A DNA stretch of 64,000 bases from Camelus ferus (GCF_009834535.1 NC_045697.1:91700001-91764000); one strand, 5' to 3'. Shown: positions 13,536 to 26,070, counted from the stretch's first letter. A program made the numbers and translations. Notes: generated by a model from the letters alone, not told the origin.

Positions 13536-13869
13536 AAGAAATACTTTTGTGATTTGTTTGGCATAATTTTAATTGTTGCAAATTGCAGCATGGTGTTCTA
13601 CTCTACGTATGTGCAGTCATTTATTTTACAAATTATTCTTTTTCACTTGTTAAGTAACTCTCCGTATTTATATTATAAACAAAAATAAATTATTTGTTTT
13701 TAAAGTGCTAGAAATCATACCTCTCTCTATTTAAAAAGATTATCTTCTCTCTAATTGCTCAAAAATTATATACATTTAAAAAGTTCTCCCTTATTTCTTT
13801 TCTCTACTGATCACAAAACTGGTTTTTGGTCTTCCTCTAATTTCCTTTCTTTATGGTCTCTGTTTTGGA

Positions 13870-14060
13870 AATCTCCTCTAGGCTTAATAGATTCAACTCT
13901 CACCTGTAGTCATTTGACTCCTGAATTTTTGTCTCCAGTCTTGGGCACTCTCCCTAAGAACCAGTCCCACATTTAAACTACTTGCAGATAATCTTTACCT
14001 AAGGGTCTTTCTGGGATCTTTAACTCAAGATATTAGAATTGAACTCATTGTCTTTGCTAT
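13870..14060 (+). mobile_element. L2 fragment
   Basis: gactcctgaatttttgtctccag and aactcaagatattagaattgaactcattgtcttt resemble the L2 body. Confidence 0.6.
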
Positions 14061-14495
14061 TGTATGATAATGACATTGTGCTAGCAACACGGCTTGGGGA
14101 AATGGTCGGTTATGTAACTAGACCTACCCATTAAGGACAGGGCTGTGTGACCCAGGACATTTTAACATTGTGTTGACCTCACTGTTTTGGCCCAGTAAAC
14201 TTTTCTCTTCTCTATTTCATCAATACTAAACAGTTAGTATACAGTGAATTAAATGATTAAAAGGGTAAAGATCAGATTAGCAACTGAACAAGCCAATGCT
14301 GGAAAACGGAGCAACCATGGAGTTATCTGAGAGAAATATAATAGTTAACAAGTCACCATTGACTCCTTAACATCTAAAATAATGCCTGGTCCATAAGAAG
14401 TAATCAATATTTTTTACTTAATCAACAAATGAATGTACAATACTTAAAACTGACCATAGCTAAAAATGAACATATCTTTCTGACAAGTAAATAAT

Positions 14496-14831
14496 TACCT
14501 TAGTCCATTCAGGCTGCATCAACAAACATACTATAAACTGGGTGGTTTATAAATAATAGAAACTTACTTCTCACAGTTCTGGAGGCTGTGAAGTCTAAGA
14601 TCAAGGTGCCAGCATGGTCAGGCTCTGGTAAAGCCTCTCTTCCTGGTCGGCTCATAGCCAGTGCCTTCTTGCTGTGTTTCACGTGGTGGAAGGGGTAATG
14701 GAGCTCTCTGGGGTCTCTTTTATAAAGACAGTAATCACCTCCAAAAAGCCCTATGTCCTAATACCATTATTTTAGGGGTTAGGATTTCAACATTTGACTT
14801 TTGGGAGAATACAAACGTTCAGACCATAGCA
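14496..14831 (-). mobile_element. MLT1A-type MaLR LTR (3' LTR of the element)
   Basis: Reverse-strand LTR from ccttagtccattcaggctgc to ttcagaccatagca, with tctcacagttctggaggc and ggggttaggatttcaacat. Confidence 0.9.
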
Positions 14832-16488
14832 TTCTGCCTCTGGCTTCCCCAAATTCATGTCTTTCTCACATGCAAAATACATTCATTTTATCCCAGTAGC
14901 CTCAAAACTTTTAACTCGTTCCAGCCTCAACTCAGAAGCCAAAAGTCCAAAGATTCCTCTAAATCAGATATGAGTGATACTCAAGGCTGATTCATTCTGA
15001 GGCAAACTTTCTCTCCAATGGTGAGCCTGTGAAATCAAACAAGTTATGCACTTCTAAAATACAATGGTGGGACAGGCATAGGGTAAACATTCCCATTCCA
15101 AAAGAGACGAATAGGAAAGAAAAAGATGACGGGTCTCAAGCAAGTCCAAAATCCAACAGTGCAAACAACATTAAATCTTAAGGCTTGAGAATAATTTTCT
15201 TTGCCTTGATGCTCTGCCACCAGGCCCAGTAGGGCAGGGATCCCACCTTCTGGACACACTGGGATATCCCCACACCCAGGGCTTTGCTAAGCAAAGACCA
15301 CATGGCATCTCTCATAGATTGAAGTTTCATGTGCGTGGCTCTCCCAGGATGGAGTCACACACTGGTGTCTTTACTGCTCTGAGGTTAGAAGGGGGCCCTG
15401 CCCCTATGGCTTTACCTGGCACTGCACTAGCAGAGACTTTCTCCAGTGGCCTTGCCCTTACCATCACAGCTCTCTGCCTGAGTCATGTGCTTACAGCTCT
15501 GGGTAGCTCCATCCTTTGAAATCTGGGTGGGAGGTAGCCGTATTCCCACAGCTCTGCTGGGCAGAGGTAGGGCTCCCTTGGCTGTGGGTGGTGTTTGGCC
15601 TGTTCAAACTCTCAATGGCCTCTTTCTTTTGAAACTGAGGAGGTAGCCCTGATGATTTCTGAACGCTTTTTGGGATCCTTCTTTCCTTGTCTTGAGGAAT
15701 ATTGCATGTTCATACCTCAACGGCTCTATGGTCCCATGCTGTAAAATCTAAGAAGTCTGACAACCTTGCTTCTTTTCTTCCTATCTCCTTCTCCTTCTAT
15801 TCAAATTGGCAGTTTTCCTGCTGGGATCCATAGTTCACACCCACACTAAGATCCTTATTAAAAGATTGTATGGTCACACCTTTAATGTTCTCTCCTGAAC
15901 ATGTCTCTCTCTCTCTCTCTTTTTTTTGGGGGGAGGGGATGGGAATAGGCTGAGAATTTTCTGTTAAGTTCTGGTTCTTTTTGGGTTAACAATTGTTATT
16001 AAGTTATTTCTCTCTTCTCACATTTTACTATTAGCATTCAAGAGAGGTCAAGCTACACCTTTAACACTTTGCTTAGAAATAGTTTCAACCAAATACTCGA
16101 TTTCATTGATCACAAGTTCTACCTGCCATAAAGCACCTGGACACAAATATAATTCAGCTAAGTTGTTTGCCACTTTATAACAAGGACTTTCCTCCAGTTC
16201 CTCATTTCTGAGATCTCATCAAAATGAACTTTACAGTCTATATTTCAACCAACATTCTGTTCATGACTACTTAGGTATTCTCTAAGAGACTGAGGCTTTC
16301 TCTGTAGCTCTCCTCTTCTTCTGAGCCCTCACCAGATTCACTTTAATGGTTCGTTCATGGTAATGTTGGCTTTTTCTAGCATGTACATCAAAACTCTTCC
16401 AGCCCCTACCCATTGCCCAGTTCCAAAGCTGTGTCCAAGTTTTAAGGTACTTTTTAGGGCAGCACCCAACTCCTTGTTACCAATTTTC
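14832..16488 (-). mobile_element. MLT1A-type MaLR internal region
   Basis: Lies between two MLT1A LTRs. On the minus strand it starts gaaaattggtaacaaggagttgggtgctgc (typical MaLR internal start) and ends in the purine tract ggggaagccagaggcagaa. Confidence 0.85.
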
Positions 16489-16624
16489 TGTGTTAGTCCA
16501 TTTGGGTTGCTTTAACAGAAATACTATAAACTAGGTGGTTTATAAATAATAGAAATTTATTTCTCACAGTTCTGGAGACTAGGAAGTCCAAGGCCAGCAT
16601 GGTTGGGTTTTGGTGAAGAGCCTT
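16489..16624 (-). mobile_element. Truncated MLT1A-type LTR (5' LTR remnant)
   Basis: Direct repeat of ~14496-14640 (actataaactrggtggtttataaataatagaaa...tctcacagttctggag). Similarity stops abruptly. Confidence 0.85.
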
Positions 16625-16629
16625 CATGA

Positions 16630-17100
16630 TCATGGAAGAAAGAGAGTCTGAGATTGAATGTAGGATCATGTCCAAGAAGTGAGAGGCTAAGGCATTGGGA
16701 GGTTCATTTTACATGTATATTAAAATCGCAAGATTTACAGACTTATGCAGTTGAGGATGACAGGAGCAAAATTCTTGAAGGGAGGAGGGGAGTGACTGCA
16801 ACCAGTTGAGATTCAGATATATTCTGATTATGGGTTCCAGAGCTGGCCATTTCAAGGAAGAGGATGGATGGTTTGAAAGCAGAATGAGGAGCATGAGAGA
16901 CATCTACTCCATCTCCAGTATTACTAGGGAGAATAACAGTCACTACTTGAGAGGGCTGCAGGACAGGTAGTATTCTCAAGGGAGATCCACGTTCCCTTTT
17001 GATGAAGAAAGTGAGGGGAGTTTTGAGAGAAAAGAATACAGGAGATTTGACAATGACTAACTGTGAACTCCAGAGGACACAACAAAAGGGTTCAGGACTT
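16630..17100 (-). mobile_element. L2 ORF2 endonuclease-region remnant
   Basis: The minus-strand translation GDGVDVSHAPHSAFKP...LVAV resembles the GGGVGxLL and LVAVIYRPP motifs of the L2 APE-type endonuclease. Frameshifted. Confidence 0.6.
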
Positions 17101-17744
17101 GGGTGGATAGGGACAGAAAAAGGACTGTGATGGACCTATGGAGGGATTAGCATGCAGAGATGCATAAAGTGGGGGAAGGATACCAAAAAGCTCTCAGGAT
17201 GCGGCATGGCTGTTTGTGAAGCCGTGCAGAAGACTAGGAAGGGTGGAAGAGCTGTCCAGTTCTGAGATATTTTCTCAGTCTCCACTGTTGAAGCTGTGAT
17301 GGTAGGTGAGGTGCAAAACTGCTATGATCAGATGGGTCTCAGAGGCTTTCTTGTGATTTCTGCTGGAAGAGATGGCAGGTGTGGAGTCTAGGAGAGAGGA
17401 CTGTACTGGATTTTATGAAAAACCCCTCATGATTAGGCAAAATTCATGTTTTTATAAAACATTTTTATGATTTTAAAACATCATACTGATAATAAAAGTG
17501 ACCTTTTGTCTCTTCAAGGACCTCTCCAATGGGCTATAAGAGAAGTAATATTACTGCTTGAATTCAACTAGTTAAAGAAGACTGTTTCACTGGTTCCAAT
17601 AACGAAATGAAATACAGTATCTATAATGAACATTGGTTGAGGATAATGGTAATTTACACTGAGAATTATGTAAGAACAAAGTTTATGGTTCCTGTGTCTT
17701 TGTAACATTATAGTTATTTTACCACCATGGGTTGGCACACTGTT

Positions 17745-17860
17745 TAAGGAGATATTATCGTCTTCATTTGATAGATGAAGAGTCTGTGGTTCAGAGAAGT
17801 TAAGTAAGTAGAGCCAGGATTTAAACCTAACTTTGTTTTGGGCCCTTGCACTTGGGCATG
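17745..17860 (-). mobile_element. MIR fragment
   Basis: catttgatagatgaagagtctgtggttcagagaagttaagtaa...agagccaggatttaaacc. Confidence 0.75.
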
Positions 17861-18209
17861 TGCTCATGCTTGTACAGTGTTTTCATATAAATTATCTTAT
17901 TTGCATAGATAAAGGTTTAGTTTAGTTTTATTGATGCTCCTCCAAGCTCTCTACAATATCAGAGTTCATTTCAGTCAACAATTTAGTTGCTCTGGATTTA
18001 TGTTAGAGTTACATCTTACTGATCCTCGTAATCCACATGTCCTTGTTATTTTCCTGCAAATGAGTAGGTTAAAGGAACATAAACTCCTGTCCACTGGAAA
18101 TCTTGTGGTTTTTCTAGGAAAACAAACTTCCACAAAAACCTGATAAAAAGGAACTTAAGGAATGAAGTAAATAAACTTCTTTGGATTTTAGCATGATTTT
18201 TCTTGTCTC

Positions 18210-18877
18210 CCTTGATTTTTTTGATGAAACATTTTCATGTTTGATATATGCAAAAGAATACATGTAACATGCATATAAATTATGTAAGCAAATTAACAAA
18301 AGAATACCAGCCTACTCCCCCAACCCTCAGCTGCATACTGCTGAAGCTCTCTGACACCTCCTCCCAAGCCCATCCTTCTGTCTTCCACACAGAGGAAAAC
18401 TTCTGTGTTGGTGTTTATGATTTCCTTGCTTTAAATATGATACATCCCTAGAAAATATATTATTTCTTCATGTCTTTGAACTTTACAAAAATGGTATTAT
18501 ATAGTATCTGGTTTTGTGCATCTAGTGTTCCTACATTATCTTTTTTAAACTTGTCTATGTTTCTTCCTTTTGACAGTTTGTTTCAAACTATATTATATGA
18601 AATGGTAATAGTGGATAATATGCCTCATACTTTATTTATTTACTTATGTTTTGATTTGTTTATTTCATTTTATTTTTTTCTCCAGCTTTATGGAAGTATA
18701 ATTGACAAAACTGTATATATTTAAAGTGTGCAACTTGACGATTTGATATACGTATACGTTGTAAAATGATTAATCTTTGTACTTACATTAAAGAGAAATA
18801 TTTCTAATGTTTCTCCATTTAGATTGATTTTTACCCAAGTTCTTCTTAATTGAAACAAGTTCCATTTTATTCCAAGT
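18210..18877 (-). mobile_element. Old L1 fragments (L1ME-like 3' end, a short L1MA-like 3' end at ~18665-18775, then old L1/HAL1-like body)
   Basis: T-rich reverse-strand L1 motifs, e.g. cagctttatggaagtataattgacaaaactgtatatatttaaagtgtgcaac. Confidence 0.6.
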
Positions 18878-18885
18878 TTCCAGGA

Positions 18886-18891
<6 letters not shown>

Positions 18892-18922
<31 letters not shown>

Positions 18923-19163
18923 TTTCTTTTTATATTTTTTATTGAGTTATAGTCATTTTACAATGTTGTGTCAAATTCCAGTGTAGAGCACAATTTTTCA
19001 GTTATACATGAACATACATATATTCATTGTCACATTTTTTTTTCACTGTGAGCTACCACAAGATCTTGTATATATTTCCCTGTGCTATACAGTATAATCT
19101 TGTTTATCTATTCTGCATATGCCTGACAGTATCTACAAGTTTTGAAATCCCAGTGGACTAGGA
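18892..19163 (-). mobile_element. Lineage-specific 5'-truncated L1 3' end with (TA)n at its tail
   Basis: ttttattgagttatagtcattttacaatgttgtgtcaaattccagtgtag and ttccctgtgctatacagta. Probable TSD TTCCAGGAGTGTAT (18878-18891) / TTCCAGTAGTATAT (19164-19177), 12/14 identical. Confidence 0.8.
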
Positions 19164-19177
19164 TTCCAGTAGTATAT

Positions 19178-19890
19178 TTTTTAAAAAATTATGAACAGGT
19201 TTGAATTTTATCAAATCATTTTCTATATCTCTTGAAATAACAATATGATTTTATCTTTAAGTAAGTAAATGTAGTATTTTACATTTATAGCTTTTCTAAT
19301 GCTAAACTTTCTTTCCATTCCTGGAAAAAAAAACTAATTTGGTCTTGATTTATTATTTTTCAAATATTATGGTATTCAGTTTCCCAGTATTCTGTTTAGT
19401 GATTTTTTTAGTCTATTTATTTGTGAGGTTGAGCTAAAATTTTCTTTCTGCCTTTATCTAGTTTTGGTACTAGAGTTAGACCAACCTTACAAATTAGTTA
19501 CCTAAGTGTTACCTTTTTTGCTATTCTCTGGAAGAGTTCATAAAATTTTAGAATAATTTGTTCCTTGAAAATCCAATAAAATTCATTGGTTGTACTATCT
19601 GGGACTGCCAGTTTATTTGTACGAAAATTTAACTCCTGATTTAGTGTCTTTATAATTATGGAACTGTTAAGGCTTTTATTCTTGAGTCACTTTTTGATAA
19701 GTTATATTTTCTTGGAATTTAGTCATTACTTTTCCAAATTTATTGGTATAAATTTTTTTATTTTGCTGTCTTTTTCATTTCTATCATGTCTGTGGTAAAT
19801 CCTCCTTTTCGTTTCTAATATTGTTTATTTGCGTCTCTTTTTATCAGTTGTGTCGCTGAAGTTTGTCTATTTTAATAGTCTTTAAATGAT
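19178..19890 (-). mobile_element. Old L1/HAL1-like body fragment
   Basis: tgaattttatcaaatcattttct, ctattctctggaagagtt and aagtttgtctattttaatagtcttt resemble reverse-strand L1 ORF2-derived sequence. Confidence 0.6.
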
Positions 19891-19899
19891 CAACTTCCT

Positions 19900-20062
19900 A
19901 TGTTGAAACAAACTGAACTTTCAAAAAAGTGGCAAAAATGGTACAGAGAACATTTGCCTTATTATTTATTACTGCCCTCTCCCACCTCACACACACACAT
20001 ACATACAATTAATTTTTTTCTGAACCACTTGAAGAAAGGCTGCATATATCATGACTATTTAA
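19900..20062 (-). mobile_element. L1MC-like 3' end, continued at ~21098-21230
   Basis: ttttctgaaccacttgaagaaaggctgcatatatcatg, then, after the insertion, ttcctaggaacaggaatattctctt. Confidence 0.6.
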
Positions 20063-21089
20063 TTTTTTTAAATGGTATATGATATAGTCTTTATTTTATT
20101 TTATTTTTTACTGAGGTATAGCCAGTTTACAATGTAGTGTCAATTTCTGGTGTACAGCATAATGTTTCAGTCATACATACACATATATATTTCTTTTCAT
20201 ATTCTTTTTCATTATAGGTTACTACAAGATACTGAATATAGTTGCCTGTGCTATACAGTATAAACTTGTTGTTTATCTGTTTTATATATAGTAGTTAGTA
20301 TCTCAAATCTCAAACTCCCATTTTATCCCTTCCCACCCTCTTTTCCCTCTTGTAACTATGAGTTTGTTTTCTATGTCTGTAAGTCTGTTTCTGTTTTGTA
20401 AATAAGTTCATTTGTCTTTTTTTTTTTTTTTTTTTTTAGATTCCACATATAAGTGAAATCATGGTATTTTCTTTCTCTTTCTGGCTTATTTCACTCAGAA
20501 TGACAATCTCCAGATCCACTGACATTGCATGCAAATGGCATTATTTTATTCTTTTTTTATGGCTGAGTATTGTTCCATTGTATACATATACCACAGCTTC
20601 TTTATCCAGTCATCTGTTGATGGACATTTAGGTTGCTTACCTAAATGTTTTGGCTATTGTATATAGTGCTGCTTTGAACACTGGGGTGCATGTATCTTTT
20701 CAAATTAGAGTTCTCTCTGGATTTACGCCCAGGAGTGGGATTACTGGATCATATGGTAATTCTATTTTTAGTTTTTTGAGGAATCTCCATACTGTTTTCC
20801 ATAATTCTGCACCAAACTACCCACCAACAGTGTAGGAGGGTTCCCTTTTTGACACACCCTCTCCAGCATTTATTGTTTATGGACTTTTTAATGATGGCTA
20901 TTCTGACTAGTGTGAGGTGATAACCTCATTGTAGTTTTGATTTGCATTTCTCTGATAATTAGTGATATTGAGCATTTTTTCATGTGGCTATTGGCCATTG
21001 GTATGTCTTCACTGGAGAATTGCTTGTTTAGGTCTTCTGCTCATTTTTGTATTGGGTTATTTTTGTTGTTGTTGTAGTTGTTGTTAAGT
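20063..21089 (-). mobile_element. Lineage-specific L1, 3' ~1 kb
   Basis: Well-preserved 3' UTR and ORF2 end (gattccacatataagtga, tctgttgatggacatttaggttg, gttttgatttgcatttctctgataattagtgat). TSD CTATTTAA at 20055-20062 and 21090-21097. Confidence 0.9.
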
Positions 21090-21309
21090 CTATTTAACTC
21101 AATATATTAGCATGACTTTCCTAGGAACAGGAATATTCTCTTCCATGATGACAGTATGGTTAACCATTTCAGGAGATCTGGTATAATACTTTGATTTACT
21201 CTATACTCCAAATTCCATCTGTAGAACTTTTAAATTTGGCTATTGTATTTTTTATATAATAATTTCTATTTCATTCTTTTAATAAAACTGGTCATTGTTA
21301 ATTATTCAT

Positions 21310-22670
21310 TTTTAAAAACAGCTTTATTGAGGTATGATTTACATAATATAAAATTCACCCACTATGAATATACAGTTTGATGATTTTTAGGAAATGTATC
21401 CTGTTGTACAATGATCGCCACAGTCTAGTTTTAGAACATTTCCATCAACTCAAAAAGTTCCTCCATGCTCATCTGGAGTCAGTCCCCACTCCCACACCTA
21501 GCTTCAGGCAACCACTGTCCTACTTTGTCTCTATAGTTTTGCCTTTCCTAGAAATTTCTTGAAAGTAAAATCATACAATGTATAGTCTTTTGTATATGGC
21601 TTCTTTAATGTAACTTGATGACTGAAATTTATCTTGTTGCATATATCAGTAACTTGCTCTTTTTATTGCTGAATAATAGTCCATTGTTTGGATATGCCAT
21701 ATTTTTAAAAGTCCTTTCATCAGCTGATGGACACATTGGTCGTTCCCAGTTTTTGAGTATTATCAATAATGCTTCTATGAATAGTTATGTGCAAGCCTTT
21801 GTATGGGTACGTGTTTTCATTTCTCTTTGGTAGATAGCTAGGTGTGGAATTCCTAGCTTACATAGTAAGTTTATGTTTAGCTTTATAAGAAATTGCTAAA
21901 CAGTAGTCCAAAGTATTGTATTATTTTACATTCCCATTGTCAATATAAGTGTTTCAGTTGGTTTGCATCCTTGCCAATATTTGGTATTGTCAGTCTTAAT
22001 TTTAGCTATTCTGGTGGATATGCAGTGATATCCTATTGTGGTTTAAATACGCATTTCCTTTAGGACTGATTATACTGAGCATCTTTTCATGTTCTTGTTC
22101 ATTATTCATATATTTTCTTTTGTGAAGTGTTTTTTAATTCTTTTTTTCCCCATTCTTAAAAATTGGATTGTTTGCCTTTTTATTATTGAGTAATGAGAAT
22201 TCTTTTTACCTTCCATATATAAGTTTATTGTATCAGATATATGATTTGCGTATATTGTCTCATGGAAGTTTTTTCTTTTTCTTAATAGTTTCTTTTGAAG
22301 AGCAAAAACTTTTAATTTTGATAAAACCTAATTTATCAACATTTTTATCTAGATAATTCTTTTAATATCATATCTAAGAAATCTTTGTCTAAACCAAGGG
22401 AAAAATTATTCTAGAAACTTCTAGGAGGTTTATAATTTTAGCTCTTACATGTAGGTGTTTAATCATTTTTGAGTTAATATTTGTATGAGATATGAACTAA
22501 GAGTTTAAATTCTCTTTTTTATGTGCATATTAAATTATTCCAGCACCATTTGTTGAATAGTTTACTCTTTTTATCACTTGATACCTTTGTTGAAAATCAG
22601 CAGACCAAAAATGTGAGGCTTATTCCTGGATTGTCTTTTCTATTACATTGACCTGTATTGTTATACTTAT
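21310..22670 (-). mobile_element. L1MB-like LINE, 3' ~1.3 kb
   Basis: cagctttattgaggtatgatttacata...ttttagaacatttccatca...ccagcaccatttgttgaa. Confidence 0.85.
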
Positions 22671-22964
22671 TTTGATTACTTACTCTCTTTTTTATTCCAT
22701 CTTTTATATCTTTACATAGTTTATACCAGTTATCAGATATTCCAATATCTGAGGTCCTTCTGTATCCAGGCAAGTTTTTTGTTTTTTCTACTAACTGTAA
22801 ATCATAGTAGTTGTTACCTTGTGGATTTAGTGGCATGTGTGAACTCATATTTGACTGAACTTCACCTGTGGAAATCCTGAGGGTCTTAGTCAGAGGTTCC
22901 TTCATCTCTAGAAGATTTGTAGCTTGCTTCTGGCAGAGCTAGGGCTGTGGTATCAACCAGAGAC

Positions 22965-23117
22965 CAGGGCAGGGACCAGGGTGAGACAAGTGAGGCTCTC
23001 TAGGACACATAATTTAAGGAGGCACTCATTCTCAGCACTCACTCTCAGTCATGCAGGTGTGCCTTCCTAAAGTTGCACCCTAGGTGCTTCTCTTGCCTCA
23101 CTGTAGTCCCAGCCCTG
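22965..23117. mobile_element. MER96-like palindromic hAT (Tip100) MITE
   Basis: Long imperfect terminal inverted repeats (CAGGGCAGGGACCAGGGTGAG / CTCACTGTAGTCCCAGCCCTG). Exact 8-bp TSD CCAGAGAC at 22957-22964 and 23118-23125. Confidence 0.9.
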
Positions 23118-24284
23118 CCAGAGACTGCTTTAATACATTTTGAAGTTCCTCATTTATTGTGGGTGTCAGGTTATCTTGCTTCTCCTGCCGATGGCCCCAA
23201 GACTCAGAGTTCTGAGACTTCCTTAATCTCCTTCCAGGTTGTTTACTCAATGCAAGAGTTTCAAGGTCAGTTCCCCTCTCAAGCAAGGGACCCCAAAGTT
23301 CAGTTTTCTAATGTTAGTGACATGTAAGTATTTATAATCCTGGACAACTTGGCTTTCAGATTGCTTATAACTCACCATTTCCATTCAGCCTGATGTTCTT
23401 TTTCTGTTGTTAGATTTTATTTTTATCATAAACCACCAGTGCACTGAAAAATATGTTATTTACCAGGATTTAATTTTATTATAGTGTCAGAAGCCCTCAA
23501 AATATGTAGCCTATGGTATGTTTGAAACAGTGATATGTAATTTCTTTAAAGGCCATAATTTTCATGTTTCCTTTAACTAGAAAAATATACCTTAACATTT
23601 TAAAAGCAGATTTTTTTCAAAATGATTAGTAGGTGAAAAATATAGACAATAGGCTGAGTAGTAATTATTTGCCAAAGTATTGGTTTAACCTTAAATAGTA
23701 GAATAATTTTTATTTGGACTCATTCATCAATCCATAAAACAGTACTGTTAAATACATGGTGATTTTCTCTCTTGACTGTGATTAAGCCCGTGCTAAGCAG
23801 GTGACTCTGACCAAGCCTGGAGAATGCTGATTTGGTTTCTTAAGATACTTTGCTCACAAGCATGGTTTCCGGATGTGGTATATGGTCTGAAGCCTGAGAA
23901 TAATGAAATATGAAGCCTTACAAGGTGGAACAGAGTCACAATTTCACGCTAAACCTATGGTGAATAAATACTCTAATTATTAAACGTTCTACTTCAGTGA
24001 TAATAGGAATGAAAAACAGTTGATTTAATTAAGAACTAAAGTATTTTTGCTGGAATATCTACACACTTGTTAGAGAATAACAGGAGGAAGAAACTTAAAA
24101 TGATCTTTTATCATTTAGAGCGCAAAAGCAGAATCAATTGGCTTGAGTTTTAGTTTTGCCTAATAATAATGTAGGTTTTCCCTGGGCTCGTGTCCTTCCC
24201 CATATAAAGAGGCATTGGCCCAGAAGGGCTCTAAGGTGACCAGCTGGGGATACTATGCACAGTCTGTATTCACAGCTAGAGATA

Positions 24285-24514
24285 GACAGGCCTGGCTAGA
24301 GTCAAAGTTTGACCACTACTAGTTAGGTGAGCTTGGATTAGTTACCTAGACGTGGTTAGTCTTAGCTTTGATGTAAGAAAATGGAGAGAGTAACAGTCTT
24401 CCCTCATCAGGTTGTTTCTAGGGTTAAGTAAAATATTGCATGAAAAACGCTTAGCAGAGTGGTTGATATGGAGTAAATGCTGACTGAATACATATAGTTA
24501 TTATTGTTGTTGTT
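24285..24514 (+). mobile_element. MIR SINE, near full length
   Basis: Core plus tail: aggttgtttctagggttaagtaaaatattgcatgaaaaacgcttagcagagtg...agttattattgttgtt. Confidence 0.75.
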
Positions 24515-25217
24515 CTCTGCCTGGTTCGGGAATTTATGCCAAATCACTTCATAGGCATAGGTCTTCATGCCTCTTTTGATGTCGTGCTAGGTATCTTATA
24601 ATTGAATGAGAGAAATAAGATACTTTATAAAAATTTTTTTGGAGTAGCTGAAATTTGAATATTTTATTAATGATGCTGTGTTGCAACTTCCATGCTAAGG
24701 ATTAATTTCCATAATTTAATTACCTTCCATTAGAACTAAGCCAGTCAAATTATCATAATTCAGAAGGAAAACTTAAACATTTTGATCAGCATTGTTTCCT
24801 TGAGTAGACACAGCCAGATGTTGGTTTTAAATGATTGAGATAACTAACTCTATTTTAATCGTACTGTTCATTTTGTTATTTAAATGAAAAATTAATGTAC
24901 ATCTCATGATACCGTGCTCCTCATTTGTTAAAGGCCTGTGACCAGTACATTGTGAGTGTAGGACTTTGGTGTACCCTCCAACACCACTTAGTACTGACCA
25001 AGTGGCATAGAGTGACTGATTTAGCTTGGTCACTTATGTTCATTTCAGATCTCCATGAAACTTGATAGAAACATTTTAGAGAGTGTTCTGACAGGAAAAT
25101 ACGTGATGGAATACCAATTTTGTGATCGCTGGGACTTGAGTAGAGAGTGATTTTCTCCTAAAGGAATAGGTAAATGCAAGAAAGATTTATATACAATACA
25201 TAAATAAAAATAAAAAA

Positions 25218-25253
<36 letters not shown>

Positions 25254-25260
25254 ATCTATC
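25218..25260. repeat. (TATC)n tetranucleotide microsatellite
   Basis: About 10 TATC units with one interruption, seen directly. Confidence 0.95.
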
Positions 25261-25949
25261 AATCACTTGAAGCTGTTTTGGAACAATCGGCTTGAAGCTG
25301 TCACGAGACTTTAGTGATTGCCAGGTAATTGACTTCACTTGTGGGGCAGGTCAAATTGCATTAATTGAGTTGATCACAAATAACAGTCTCAAGCACCACT
25401 ACATCTTGTGAATAATTACCTCAGGTACACAGTACTATAATTAAGACTCTAGTTCTCAATCATACCCAATATGTTCTTGCTTGCTAAGTGAGGCATCTCA
25501 AGTGGCTTAAACGTTATCAGCTAATACCATAGGGTTGTTTCTGTAGGACTGGAAAGAGGAAACATCCTGCTGGCCTGTAGGATGGTTACAGTGTGGCCTT
25601 AAAATGTGGGCAGATCAAACACCTTCATGAGGTGCAGAACGATACATCAGCAGGAAATAACACTTAATGCTGTAACTGAGCAGTCTCTGAAGCCAAGTCC
25701 TAAAGAATACCTTGAGCTTCCATTTTCACCCCCAAATCTGATGGCTCTTCAAACACCTAGCGGCTCTTGGACATTTTTGCATACAGATCCCCATGGGTTT
25801 TTTAATGATAAAAGAGGTTCTGGCTGCAGAGAGGTATGTTCCTTGAATGAAGGTGGAGGGGGCATCCCTTTCCTCACTGCTGGTCTCCCTCCCTCACACT
25901 CTGCTCCTCCACCTGCATGTGGTGGACTGGATAGTATCCTGGAGTCTAA

Positions 25950-26070
25950 TCAGAGGATCTGGAGTGACTGCTGGGCTCCTCTACTGACCAGCTAAGTTAT
26001 GTGGGTAAGTTATGTAGGTAAGCAGTAGCTCCCCTTTGAGTCTTGGTTCCTTATGTGGAAAAGGAGATCA
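25950..26070 (+). mobile_element. MIR fragment
   Basis: ctggagtc...ctctactgaccagct...gggtaagtta...agtcttggttccttatgtggaaaagg. Confidence 0.55.

Noticed and set aside
25049..25169. Plus-strand exon-like segment (catttcag...AG|gtaaat)
   Set aside because: Mediocre splice sites, the longest frame ends in a stop, and the peptide is unrecognised.
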